Source: Candidatus Bathyarchaeota archaeon
Lineage (GTDB): Archaea; Thermoproteota; Bathyarchaeia; Bathyarchaeales; Bathycorpusculaceae
Assembly (NCBI GenBank): GCA_963827165.1
Contig: CAWGZR010000004.1
Location: 32,001 to 96,000 of the forward strand
Direction of reading: 5' to 3'
Length of the DNA stretch: 64,000 bases
Position numbers and translations under genes: made by a program. The notes below the pieces were generated by a model. It was not told the DNA's origin. It worked only from the letters and a program-made list of their open reading frames with translations, and ran no database searches. Of the stretch, positions 30,582-40,545 are shown in pieces. The number at the start of each line of letters is the position of its first letter. Within the stretch, counting starts at the first letter, position 1.

Positions 30582-33221
30582 TTACGGGTGTTTTCTTGTG
30601 ACGAGCATTGCGAGAACTGCGCCGATGACAATTATGATAATGGCGATGGCGGCAATTCCGTATTCGACTGTGGTGTTTGAAGCTAAGCCCGTGAGCGGTG
30701 TTGCTGTTGGTGCTGTAGTGGTTGCAGGGCTAGCATAGAAGGCGGCGTTCGCAGATGATCCATAGTATCCTGATGTGCCTGCGAAAACCGCGTTGACTGT
30801 GAAGTTGCCTGCTATGTCTGGTGTCCATGTGAGGCTGTAGAATCCGTTTGCGTTGCTTGTGGTTGTTCCGATGGCTCGGGTGTTGTGGTTGGAGTCGGTG
30901 ACCATGATGGTGACTGGGACACCTGTAATGTTGTTGGGCATCGGCTGCTGCTGATAAACTGCTTCCATAAATTGGCTCATGCTTGCGTCAGAAACCGCTG
31001 GAAGCCCATTTGGAAAGTTCATGGCGACTGCGTTTTGTTGTGAGCCAGCAGAGATATCTGTGACAGTTCCCGTAATGGTTATGGGAGTTGCGGTGGTAAC
31101 CCCAACGTCAGGAGCAGTGACGGTTGTTCTGGTCGGCCCTGTGCCATAACAGTATATTTGATTGTCATAGCCATTGTCCCAAACCATATAACCGTCGTCG
31201 AGACCAGCAGTGCCGGTTACAGCGTAATCCAATGTTTCGAAGATTTCTTTGCCTGTTGTAGCATTTAGGCAGTAGAGCTCTGCACCTTGGAATACTGGTG
31301 GCGTGTAGTCGTGGCCAGCCGCGATGTACAATTTGCCGTCTGCAAGAATGTTGTTTCCATTGAAAGTTCCTAGAGGAAATGAGCCATAAGGTGTGTCATA
31401 GCCTGCGCTTCCCGCACTCCATGTCCATTCAAGCTGGCCTGTTGTATCGTTGTAGCAATAGACATCGCCGCTTAAGCCCCAAGAGTATAAGTTGCCATAT
31501 CCAATAACGCCCTGGCCGATCTGGAAGTAGTTCCATGAGCTATTCTCCGTCTCAGAGAAAGATGAAGCCCAAAGGAGTTTGCCGGTCGAAAGGTCATAAC
31601 CTTTCCATAACCCTGTTTCAGTAGTAAGTTCAAAGTATTTTCCATCTCCTAATTTTATGTCCTCTGTAGTGTAAGGTGTCATCGTTCGGTTATATGGGCC
31701 CCAGAGCAGTTGACCTGTTGTGGCGTTGTATCCTGCGTCGATTCTATAGTTTGATGCGCCTTGAGCTAGTCCTTGCCCGAATTCTGTAGATAAAGGCTGA
31801 GCTGTTACAAGAGCTATTCCATTGTCGATTCCTGTTAGACTTTGGGGATCAGTTATGGGAACACCGCTAACAGTCTGTGCAAGTTGTGCACTCCAATTAT
31901 TTCCCAAACTCCAGTCGATAGTTGCTCCTTGAGGTGGACGCCAAATTTGTGCAGCACTGTATGTAAAATAGATATTGTTAGCTTGCGAGGCTTTTTGTAT
32001 GCATAAGCTTGCATTCCACATGGTGAGCATTGGTCCGTTTGCAGTGTAACCTACGGTGTAACTTAGAGTCTCGCCGTTTGGTCCTGCCACTAGGGTGCCA
32101 GCGTTCGCGTTAGCAATGTTGAGTATCCATTGTCCAGTCATTGCATCTAACATTTGCCATTGATTGGGTGCTGTGGGCAATACAAAGCCATTAAGTGTTG
32201 ACAGCCCGGTGAACAAGTAAGCGTGAGCCCCATATTGGTCTCCGTCTGCGAAGTCGTACACCATTGCGCATTTTAAAGTGTACTGTCCAGTATTTTCTGA
32301 CCATAAAGTTTGACCAGTTTGCAGATCAACGGCCGTTAAGTTCCCAGGATTATTCTTCGCTCCGGGATAGTCCTGGTAGTATAACACTCCATTTACGATA
32401 ACTGGAGCAAATTTACCTTCATAAGCAGTTCCTGTCGCATATATCGCTGTGTCGCTGTCGCCGAACGCTCCTCCGATTTGGCCTCCGAAAGCTAATGGTT
32501 TCGTCCACATTACGTGGGCAGCAGCTGGTGCTTGTGAATATGGGTCAAAATTGCCATTTGAGTCGTAACTTCCTGTATCAACGAACTGGCCAGTAGTACC
32601 CAGGCCAAGCCAGTTTCCGCTGATTATAGCCCATTCTCGATTCATTGAATTTATGGGTGTTGTCCAATATGCCGGTGGGAGTGGGTTTGCTGGAGGATAG
32701 GTAATTGGGGTTGACTGAACAGTAAACGTTGTTGTTGCATTGCTTGGCAGAAACGTATCGTTGACATAATCAAGTTGAAGCGTGAGTATTCCTATTGATA
32801 GGTTTTCAGGATACGGATTGAGATCTTGTGCTACTTGCCCTGGGAAGTTGAACAGTAACTTGTAAGTTCCAGTCGCGGTAGGTGTGTAATACGCTGAGGC
32901 ACCTCCCGTGGAATCGGATGTGTACGGACCTAAAGTTGTGGTCGTTCCGTCTGGTTTAGTCACTGTAACAGTCATGTCACGCCATCTGTCACCATAAGGG
33001 CCTTCTGCTCCGACTGGCACTTTATCTATCCAGAATGTGAGTGTTACCTGTTGACCAACGCCGACTGGGTTAGGTGCCGCATTTATGAATGCATAGGTTG
33101 GGACTTTAATTGGCGGTGTATGCGCGCTCGCGCTTGGTATTAGTGTCAGTGAACCTGTCATTGATAGTATGAAGAATATTGAGATTGCAATTGCGAATAT
33201 TTTATTTTTTATTGTTTTCAT
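30582..33221 (-). CDS. Secreted PQQ-like beta-propeller surface protein with C-terminal TM anchor
   Basis: Signal peptide, AVDLQTGQTLW / LNATTGKEIF blades, FPNGLPAVSDASM, TM-RKHP. Confidence 0.85.
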   Translation of the reverse strand: MKTIKNKIFAIAISIFFILSMTGSLTLIPSASAHTPPIKVPTYAFINAAPNPVGVGQQVTLTFWIDKVPVGAEGPYGDRWRDMTVTVTKPDGTTTTLGPYTSDSTGGASAYYTPTATGTYKLLFNFPGQVAQDLNPYPENLSIGILTLQLDYVNDTFLPSNATTTFTVQSTPITYPPANPLPPAYWTTPINSMNREWAIISGNWLGLGTTGQFVDTGSYDSNGNFDPYSQAPAAAHVMWTKPLAFGGQIGGAFGDSDTAIYATGTAYEGKFAPVIVNGVLYYQDYPGAKNNPGNLTAVDLQTGQTLWSENTGQYTLKCAMVYDFADGDQYGAHAYLFTGLSTLNGFVLPTAPNQWQMLDAMTGQWILNIANANAGTLVAGPNGETLSYTVGYTANGPMLTMWNASLCIQKASQANNIYFTYSAAQIWRPPQGATIDWSLGNNWSAQLAQTVSGVPITDPQSLTGIDNGIALVTAQPLSTEFGQGLAQGASNYRIDAGYNATTGQLLWGPYNRTMTPYTTEDIKLGDGKYFELTTETGLWKGYDLSTGKLLWASSFSETENSSWNYFQIGQGVIGYGNLYSWGLSGDVYCYNDTTGQLEWTWSAGSAGYDTPYGSFPLGTFNGNNILADGKLYIAAGHDYTPPVFQGAELYCLNATTGKEIFETLDYAVTGTAGLDDGYMVWDNGYDNQIYCYGTGPTRTTVTAPDVGVTTATPITITGTVTDISAGSQQNAVAMNFPNGLPAVSDASMSQFMEAVYQQQPMPNNITGVPVTIMVTDSNHNTRAIGTTTSNANGFYSLTWTPDIAGNFTVNAVFAGTSGYYGSSANAAFYASPATTTAPTATPLTGLASNTTVEYGIAAIAIIIIVIGAVLAMLVTRKHP

Positions 33222-33297
33222 TTTTTTTCTTTCCTTTTTTTGATGAGAGGTTATTGGTTTATTTCACTTTTTAAAAACTTGTAGTGTAGCTGAAACA

Positions 33298-33317
33298 CAC
33301 CTTCATCAACGAAGGTG
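33298..33317. promoter_or_regulatory. Palindrome CACCTTC-N6-GAAGGTG between beta-propeller gene and trmB
   Basis: Perfect 7-6-7 inverted repeat abutting the IS target site. Confidence 0.45.
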
Positions 33318-33325
33318 CTCTTTCA

Positions 33326-34203
33326 TGCTATGTTGAATAACTTAAAAATTAGTTCTGTACAGACGCTTGATTATGAGTTCGTTGAGAGATTGGGAAGGCT
33401 ACAACGAAGCGATAGTGAAAAGAGGCTTAATTCTCCTCATCAAACTATTGGCAGTTGTCCATGCATATGTTTTGCCTTATCGACAGCTGGAAGGCTTCAT
33501 ATGTGGATTAAGCCAACATGTTGATGGAGTAAAGGCGCCTGACTACACCACTATATGGTGGAGGGTGGCAAAAATGAAGGTCAATTTGGAATCTTCCGTT
33601 GCGTTGGATAGGGATTTACTATGGCGGTGGACTCCAGCGGCATAAAAGTGTCTAATCGAGGCGAATGGATACATAAAAAATGGAGAGTTCAACGTGGCTT
33701 CATTAAAGTGCATATTGCCGTTGACACCAAGACAAAGCAGATCCTTGCCATTGAAGTAACCAAAGAGGATGTTGGAGACGGACGCATGCTTGGTCGGTTA
33801 GTGGATGGTTCTCAAAGCAGGGTGCCTTTGAAACGTGTTACTGCTGATGGCGCTTACGATTCTAAAGCTAATTTCAGGATGCTTGCTGAGAGAGCGATTG
33901 ATCCGTTGATTAGAGTAAGAAAGAATGCGTCGTTTAATGTAGGCGGCTGTATGCCTCGCAAGTTCGCAGTTGTGGAGCAGCTGGGCAATTCTGATTGGAG
34001 ACGTGAGAGAGGTTATGGTTACCGTTGGATGGTGGAGTCGGCGTTTTCAAGCATTAAGCGTGTATTCGGAGAGTATATCTGTGCAGTCAAGGGGCCTAAT
34101 ATAGTTAAAGAGTTGCTTTTGAAAGCTTCAATTTATAATCTTTTTAAACCAAAAAGCAACAAGGTATTGACTTGAAAGGAACTCTAAGTTATTCAAAACA
34201 GCA
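33326..34203 (+). mobile_element. IS5-family insertion sequence, decayed
   Basis: TIRs tgctatgttgaataactta / taagttattcaaaacagca; 8-bp TSD CTCTTTCA at 33318-33325 and 34204-34211. Confidence 0.9.
33367..34175 (+). pseudogene. IS5-family DDE transposase, frameshifted near 33620
   Basis: DWEGYNEAIVKRG, YRQLEGF, PDYTT; AVDSSG, ADGAYD, YGYRWMVESAFS. Confidence 0.88.
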
Positions 34204-34261
34204 CTCTTTCACAAAAGCTTATATTTTAATGTCCTAAACGTAATATTGGTCTGAGAAGAGA

Positions 34262-35086
34262 TTGCAAACTGATTCTAAAAACATCGAGACCTTGAAAAAA
34301 TTAGGGCTGACTCCGTTAGAGTCAAAAATCTATGTTGCTTTATTGAAGTGTGGACGTGCAAAAGTTGAATCAATCGCGACGGTTGCAAATGTTGACCGAT
34401 CAAATGCTTACCATGCAATAAAGCGACTTCAAAACATTGGCTTGATAATAAAGATATTAAATAAACCTAATTTTTTCGAAGCAATCTCAATCAATGATGG
34501 GCTAACTGTTTTGCTTAACCGTAAAGAAGACGACCTTGATGAAATGAAGAATGAAGCGAAGAAACTGATAAGTTCAATGCTTTTTGAGAGACCAGCACAA
34601 GAACCTCAATTCGAAATAATCAAAAAGCCAGCAGAGTTGCTGATACGAGATATCATTGATATCTGCAAAAATCTCGAGAACAGTATCGATCTTGTGTTGA
34701 ATACCCGAACTTTTGTTGATACATTTCTTGAAACCTTCCAATATCAGCGATTTTTGATTAACAGAGGCGTAAGATACCGTCTTATCACAGAAAATGCAAT
34801 AACTTCTCTCAAATTACAAAAATATTCTGAATCACTTAAGAAAAATAATAACTTTGAACTGAGGTGTGTTTACAAGCAACCTGAGGTGACATTTGGAATA
34901 TTCGACAATCATTCAGTTGAACTCTCCATATTGCCTAACCTAATATGCAAACAATCAGCCTCATTAAAGACGAATCATCCTGGCTTAATTGCAGTTTTTC
35001 AGAACTATTTTGACAAGCTATGGCATGAATCAATAGAATACACGCAGGCAGACAAAGACGGCCTTACTCTTTCTTGCCCTGAATAA
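34262..35086 (+). CDS. TrmB-family transcriptional regulator
   Basis: LGLTPLESKIYVALL, VDRSNAY, YFDKLW. Confidence 0.85.
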   Translation: MQTDSKNIETLKKLGLTPLESKIYVALLKCGRAKVESIATVANVDRSNAYHAIKRLQNIGLIIKILNKPNFFEAISINDGLTVLLNRKEDDLDEMKNEAKKLISSMLFERPAQEPQFEIIKKPAELLIRDIIDICKNLENSIDLVLNTRTFVDTFLETFQYQRFLINRGVRYRLITENAITSLKLQKYSESLKKNNNFELRCVYKQPEVTFGIFDNHSVELSILPNLICKQSASLKTNHPGLIAVFQNYFDKLWHESIEYTQADKDGLTLSCPE

Positions 35087-35221
35087 GTCGATCACGTTTG
35101 TCCCTTCAAAGAGAGCTTCAACAATGGAAAGATAACATGGAGTACCGCAATGCAAAAGACGTTCTTCATGTCCAACAAATACTTCGGTTCCATTTTCTAA
35201 ACACTTGGCTCGAAAATTTTT

Positions 35222-35332
35222 AGGGTTTGCTGAGACTCTGGAAACTAAGGTTGAAAATTTCTTTTGGAGGAAAGAGAAAAATGCAAATTCTTCAATTGCA
35301 GCTATTTTAAGTTTAACCAGAGCCTTCTCAGC
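35222..35332 (-). repeat. ~110-bp structured element downstream of a beta-propeller gene, copy B
   Basis: gctgagactctgg...ccagagccttctcagc. Confidence 0.8.
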
Positions 35333-35432
35333 CAACATTTCTCTCTATCAACTCTTACTGGTTTTTCTTGGTTTTTAGAGACTAAAAAAAGGGAAAAAGG
35401 GGATTTTGGTTTTTTATTGTAGTTTCTTTTGT

Positions 35433-38153
35433 TTAGGGTCGCCTTCTTGTGACGAGGAGTGCGAGAACTGCGATTCCTATGATTATGACGATGATGATTG
35501 CGACGCCTATGTATTCGAGCGTTGTCTGCGTGGCTACTCCGCTAAGTGGTGTTGCTGTCGGTGCTGATGTCGTCGCTGGGGAGCTGGCGTAGAATCCTGT
35601 TGAAGCTGTGGACCCGTAGTATGATTGTGTTCCCGCGAATGTAGCGTAGACTGTATAGTTGCCCGTTATGTCTGGTTTCCATATAAATGAGTAGTCGCCT
35701 AAGCCGTTGGTGGTTGTTGAACCGATTGTTCTGTAGTTGCCGTTTGCATCTATGACCGCGAATGTCACTGGGACACCTGTTACGTTGTGGGGTTCTGGCT
35801 GCTGCATGTAGACGGACTCCATGAACTGGGTCATGCTTGCGTCTGAAACGCATGGCAAGCCGTTGGGGAAGTTCGATGCAACTGCTGTTTGAGACGCACC
35901 TGCAGAGATGTCTGTAACTGAGCCTGTTATGGTGATTGGAGTTGCGGTCGTTGCGCCGATGTTTGGTGCACTCACCGTTGTCTTAGTTGGTCCCATGCCG
36001 TAAGCGTATACTTGTTCGTCATAGGAGTTTAGTGTCGTCATGACGCCGTCGGAAATAGCTGGCGCACTTGTAACGTCAAAAGCCGTTATGCTCCAAACCG
36101 GTTGACCATTGGTGCAGTTTATTGCCAGTTGACTAGCTCCACGGAATAGCGGCGGACTGTACTGGTGACCTTCAGGAACGTATAGCATTCCACCTGCAAC
36201 TGTGCCCACGGTAAATGTCCATAGTGGCCATACACCATAAGGAGTGTTAGATCCAGCGGCACCGCTTAATATCTCGGTATTTGTGTACCATATGATTTTT
36301 CCTGTCTGCAAGTTTATGGCCCAGATGTCTCCTCCGAATCCCCATAGGTAAAGTACTCCGTTCGCAGGAACAGCTTCATAGCCGCCAACGTTGTCATAAG
36401 CGTTGGTTGATCCTCCGTCTGCGCCTGTAAGTTGAGTCGTCCATAGCTGTGTTCCCGTAGTTACGCTGTAACCGTTAATTACGCTTGTTTGCAGATTGAC
36501 TTCAGTGTAGACTCCGCTGTTAGGTGGAAAACTTGCTAATCTTGTTTGAGTCGTTTCTGTTCGGTTAGTTATCCATAATTGTGCGCCTGTGTTTAAATCG
36601 AAACCTGCTTCAATTTGGTAACCTGATTGGAAGCTAGCGCCGCTGGCAACTGAACCAGTCATTAGTATGTCACTTCCAATTCCGGAAATACCCAGAGAAA
36701 CACCCAGTGGATTGCCTGCAACTGTGGTTGGTAGTGGTACACTCCATTGTATTCCATATGACCATGGAATCACGGCGTTTTGAGGTGGCCGCCAGTATAG
36801 ATTAGCTCTGTAGTTGGAGCCTGGGGCAGCTGCTCCTTGTACTAGCTCTTCTTGCAATATGGCTGCTGTTGAGTTCCACATGACGAGTGAATGCGTCGTG
36901 CTGTTGACATAGTAACCAAGCAAGCTTCCTGGGAATGATCCGCCTGTTTCTGAAACAAATTGTACGGACGGACCGCCGATGATGCTCAATACGTAACTCC
37001 CTGTCATTGCATTGTACATGCTATATGTGTATGTGCTTGGAGGAGGATAGATTCCAGTTGCATTCTGTATATCTGCTGCAGCGTCAGTTTCAGTGTTATA
37101 GTTAATCATCCATAGATATGCCTGACTGCCGTATTGGTTGATTGAGGTGTAGTCAAGTATTTGGCCAGTTCTTAGCATCATATCAGATTGGCTTCCGATA
37201 GCACCGCCGCCGAATTGAGTTGGAGTTGAGATATCCATTGTCCACAGCGTTTTTCCTGTCTTAAGATCTACGGCAACCATGTTTGAGGGGTTGCTTCCAG
37301 CGTTAGGAAATTGGTCAAAGTAGAGTATTCCATCCATGATTACTGGGTCAAAATTGGGGTCGTATTGCCTAGTTGAGTAGAAGTTGCTCGTGCTTGTTGC
37401 GCCGTATTCTCCTCCGACTAAACCGCCGAGGGCAGCAGGCATTGTCCAAAGAATGTGAGCAGTCTCTGGACCTACAGTGTACGGGTTATAGTTTCCAGTG
37501 GCATTATACCCGCCGGTGATTGAAAAGGTATCTGCTGTTAGCCCTAGCCAATTCCCGCTAATGGTGTTCCAATAGTCGTTAATTGAATAAATTGGGCGAG
37601 TCCAGAACGATGTTGGAAGCGGTGCTTGGGGGGCACTTGGTATTGCCGTCGTTTGTACTGTAAGCGTTGCTACATTGGAGACTGAAGGTTCATAATAATC
37701 TCCGATAAATTGAGGTCCCAATTCTCCGGTTGGAGGCGGGTTCGCGCCTGCTAATGTTTGTCCTGAGAAGGTCATCTGGAAGGTATAGTTGCCGGTTGTG
37801 GTAGGCGTGAAATCTGTGTGTGTTCCGCCAGTGTCGTCAGAAATAAAAGGTCCCAGTGTTTGGGTGTCTCCATTTGGGTCTGTAACTTTCACGTTCAGGT
37901 TCTGCCATCGGTCGCCATAGTTTCCGCTTGCGGTTGGTGGTGGTTGATCAACCCAGAAATCAACGTTTATTGTTTGTCCGACACCTGCAGGGTTTGGTGC
38001 AACGACGATGTAAGAGTAGGTTGGAATATCTATTTTGCCCGGTGCTAGAGTTTGTGCGTTAGCGTTTGGGATTAGCATCAGTGAAGCTGTCATTGAAATT
38101 ATAAAGAATATGCTGATTGTTATTGCTGCGATTTTGTTTTTTAGTGTTTTCAT
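35433..38153 (-). CDS. Secreted PQQ-like beta-propeller surface protein with C-terminal TM anchor
   Basis: Paralog of 30582..33221: AVDLKTGKTLW, FPNGLPCVSDASM, TM-RRRP. Confidence 0.85.
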   Translation of the reverse strand: MKTLKNKIAAITISIFFIISMTASLMLIPNANAQTLAPGKIDIPTYSYIVVAPNPAGVGQTINVDFWVDQPPPTASGNYGDRWQNLNVKVTDPNGDTQTLGPFISDDTGGTHTDFTPTTTGNYTFQMTFSGQTLAGANPPPTGELGPQFIGDYYEPSVSNVATLTVQTTAIPSAPQAPLPTSFWTRPIYSINDYWNTISGNWLGLTADTFSITGGYNATGNYNPYTVGPETAHILWTMPAALGGLVGGEYGATSTSNFYSTRQYDPNFDPVIMDGILYFDQFPNAGSNPSNMVAVDLKTGKTLWTMDISTPTQFGGGAIGSQSDMMLRTGQILDYTSINQYGSQAYLWMINYNTETDAAADIQNATGIYPPPSTYTYSMYNAMTGSYVLSIIGGPSVQFVSETGGSFPGSLLGYYVNSTTHSLVMWNSTAAILQEELVQGAAAPGSNYRANLYWRPPQNAVIPWSYGIQWSVPLPTTVAGNPLGVSLGISGIGSDILMTGSVASGASFQSGYQIEAGFDLNTGAQLWITNRTETTQTRLASFPPNSGVYTEVNLQTSVINGYSVTTGTQLWTTQLTGADGGSTNAYDNVGGYEAVPANGVLYLWGFGGDIWAINLQTGKIIWYTNTEILSGAAGSNTPYGVWPLWTFTVGTVAGGMLYVPEGHQYSPPLFRGASQLAINCTNGQPVWSITAFDVTSAPAISDGVMTTLNSYDEQVYAYGMGPTKTTVSAPNIGATTATPITITGSVTDISAGASQTAVASNFPNGLPCVSDASMTQFMESVYMQQPEPHNVTGVPVTFAVIDANGNYRTIGSTTTNGLGDYSFIWKPDITGNYTVYATFAGTQSYYGSTASTGFYASSPATTSAPTATPLSGVATQTTLEYIGVAIIIVIIIGIAVLALLVTRRRP

Positions 38154-38183
38154 TTCTATTTTTCTCCTTTAATTTTATTTACC

Positions 38184-38222
38184 GCTGAGAAGAAAAAAAA
38201 AGAGTTAATGTTCCTTCTCAGC
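38184..38222 (-). promoter_or_regulatory. 5'-leader hairpin of the beta-propeller gene
   Basis: GCTGAGAAG...CTTCTCAGC perfect 9-bp stem ~25 nt downstream of a TTTATA box (38247-38252). Confidence 0.6.
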
Positions 38223-38428
38223 TTAATCTGATTTCGCGCGATTTGGTATAAATAATTTGCCTAATTTTTTCGACGCGATTCAGTACAAATAAACACCATT
38301 TTTCATGTAGAAGAGATATAAATTAGATGAAAAGCAGCAGTTTTACTTCAAAAAAATGAAGCTTATCCAAACTAATTTCAGTGATCAGAGAAAAAAGAGT
38401 AAAACTCGGGTGATATCTCAATTTTCGC

Positions 38429-38453
38429 GGGGGTTCAAATCCCCCAAGTCTCA
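38429..38453 (+). other. Isolated tRNA T-arm-like fragment (possible att scar)
   Basis: GGGGG-TTCAAAT-CCCCC; no D or anticodon arm visible. Confidence 0.45.
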
Positions 38454-38464
38454 TATGTGCTAGG

Positions 38465-38583
38465 TTAGAGTTCTCGGTTTCATGAGAACCTCTGCTCAGG
38501 TTTTGGGGTCGAGCGCTTAAATTTCAGCCAACAACCACGAGAAAATGTTGAAAATCCTTATCAAGGCGTGAATGAGCACCGCT
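38465..38583 (-). pseudogene. Degenerate duplicate of the nucS 3' end
   Basis: Aligns by eye to 47438-47563 (agaacctctgc.caggttttggg.tc.agcgct) with substitutions and indels. Confidence 0.8.
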
Positions 38584-38687
38584 ACTTTTGATGAGTGAAT
38601 CTTAAGAATTGAATTTTATGACTTTAGCAAGCGATAAATAGCGCTAACACCGATTACCCTGATCTGGGGGCAAAGAACACGAAAAAA

Positions 38688-39929
38688 ATGGCTTTAGCTT
38701 TAATTATGATAATTGTTTTCTTGACTTCCTCTCTAATTGTTTTCCCAATATCACCTGCGCATGCAGGCACAGGTGATGATCCTGCTCTTACTGTTAGTAT
38801 CTCGCCTAGTGCGTGGAGCATGGACGTAGGACAAAGCAAAGTGTTCACTGCAGTTCCCTTCGGCGGTTCAGGCAACTACACCAGTTATCAGTGGTATTTC
38901 GACACGTCTCTTCAGACTGGCCAGAATGCTTCAACCTATAATTACCAGCTCAGCGCAAACACTGGCACTTACTCGATTGCTGTAACGGTCAATGACAGTT
39001 CTGGTTCAACTTCAGCTCAGTCGCCTCTCACATTGATCACTGTGAACCCTTCGCTAGTTGCTCCGACTGCTTCTGCAAATTGGAATTCGAGTGATCAAGG
39101 TCAAACCATTATCCTGTATTCTTCGACTGTTACAACCGGAACTTCTCCTTACCAATATCAGTGGCTTCAGGAAGCGCCAGAAGCTGCATCATTCTCTCCG
39201 ATTAGCGGCGCAACCTCCTCGAGCTACCCATTCGTGACTAACAGTTCAACAACCATTGGATCGTGGAGTTTTCAGCTTCAAGTAACAGATTCCGCTTCGG
39301 AAGTAGTCACTTCAAACACTGCGGCCTTCACCCTCAATGTTGCGCCAACCGTTTCTATCTCTCCCGGCTCTGCCAACTTGAATATTGAACAGACCCAAGT
39401 GTTTACAGCTACTCCGAGCGGCGGCACAGGAAATTACACGTTTTACCATTGGTACGTTAATGGGGTTTCTCAGGGCTTTCAGATGCCGGCAACGTTTAGT
39501 TTTACTCCCGGTTCCCTGGGTTCTTACTCAATTACTGCGGCGGTGAGTGATAATGCAAGCACGACCTCAGTTCAATCCACAGCCGCAACAGTTACGGTTT
39601 CGGCAACTGCGACTCCAACGCCAACCCCAATACCCACAGCTTCGCCCACCTCGGCACCGACCGCTACACCAACAGCCGTTCCAACCGCCACCCCAACTCA
39701 GGCGCCAACTGCTTCGCCAACAACAACGCCCACCAACTCACCAACGCCCACGCCAACCTCAACAAGCACTTCGCCACCAACAGCCGGAACATTCGTGTTC
39801 ACAAGCCTCGACGGAATAATAACCGCAATCGTAATTGTAATCATAGCGCTAGCGTTATTCTTGATGTGGTCGAGACGAAGCAAAAACACCATCACAGCAT
39901 TAGCAGGCCCAACCGACAAGGTTAGCTAG
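38688..39929 (+). CDS. Surface protein with PKD/Ig-like repeats, PT linker and TM
   Basis: Repeated VSISP...FTA.P.GG.GNYT.Y.WY domains. Confidence 0.75.
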   Translation: MALALIMIIVFLTSSLIVFPISPAHAGTGDDPALTVSISPSAWSMDVGQSKVFTAVPFGGSGNYTSYQWYFDTSLQTGQNASTYNYQLSANTGTYSIAVTVNDSSGSTSAQSPLTLITVNPSLVAPTASANWNSSDQGQTIILYSSTVTTGTSPYQYQWLQEAPEAASFSPISGATSSSYPFVTNSSTTIGSWSFQLQVTDSASEVVTSNTAAFTLNVAPTVSISPGSANLNIEQTQVFTATPSGGTGNYTFYHWYVNGVSQGFQMPATFSFTPGSLGSYSITAAVSDNASTTSVQSTAATVTVSATATPTPTPIPTASPTSAPTATPTAVPTATPTQAPTASPTTTPTNSPTPTPTSTSTSPPTAGTFVFTSLDGIITAIVIVIIALALFLMWSRRSKNTITALAGPTDKVS

Positions 39930-40127
39930 ATCAGACTTGGCTTGGTGAGTGTAAAAGAGGGCCACGCAATATCTGTAACATTCGCCCCTGACTAACAAAC
40001 GGAAAGAATAGAAGATTTCGCCCATTTCTTTTGTTCAGTTTCGCTACAGAAATTGAACCCTTGACATTGAGCTTATTGACAAAGAAAAAGCGGTTACACT
40101 ATCTAAGAGAAAAGGTCTGCTTTCTGT

Positions 40128-40412
40128 TTATGTATTGGTCTTCTTTTGCAGTCTAAAGGCTAAGTACAGGTTTATCGCTATTGCAAGTGCCAAGAAAATA
40201 AGACCGAAATTAGTATCATCGAAAACAAGAATGTCATATCCAGCTTTTATACCGCCAAATTGCATGTACAAGGGAAAGTGAGAGTTTACAGCTACCTGAT
40301 ACATCCCATTTAATCCTGAATACTCAGCCCAATTCCAAAACAAATACAAAGCAACAAAGAAGACGTTAGACAGAAGCATTAACTTGAATTCTTTTTCAAG
40401 CATAATAACCAA
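40128..40412 (-). CDS. Small two-TM hypothetical protein
   Basis: Two hydrophobic helices; same layout as 42793..43122. Confidence 0.6.
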   Translation of the reverse strand: MVIMLEKEFKLMLLSNVFFVALYLFWNWAEYSGLNGMYQVAVNSHFPLYMQFGGIKAGYDILVFDDTNFGLIFLALAIAINLYLAFRLQKKTNT

Positions 40413-40545
40413 CCCACAATGATTTCCTTTTGTTAAGGTTTCAGTTGGTTACTAGCCCTTTTATGACTTATCATTAGAACGATTGTTCTCAAAGTTAGAA
40501 CATTTTTACAGACAAAGGGCGGGTACATCTAGCTGTGGGAAAAGG

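Noticed and set aside
35030-35338. 102-aa ORF MLAEKALVKLK
   Set aside because: Overlaps the structured repeat and the trmB end; the frame is not preserved in the 30382 copy
38400-38455. Complete tRNA gene
   Set aside because: Only a T-arm is present; kept as a fragment
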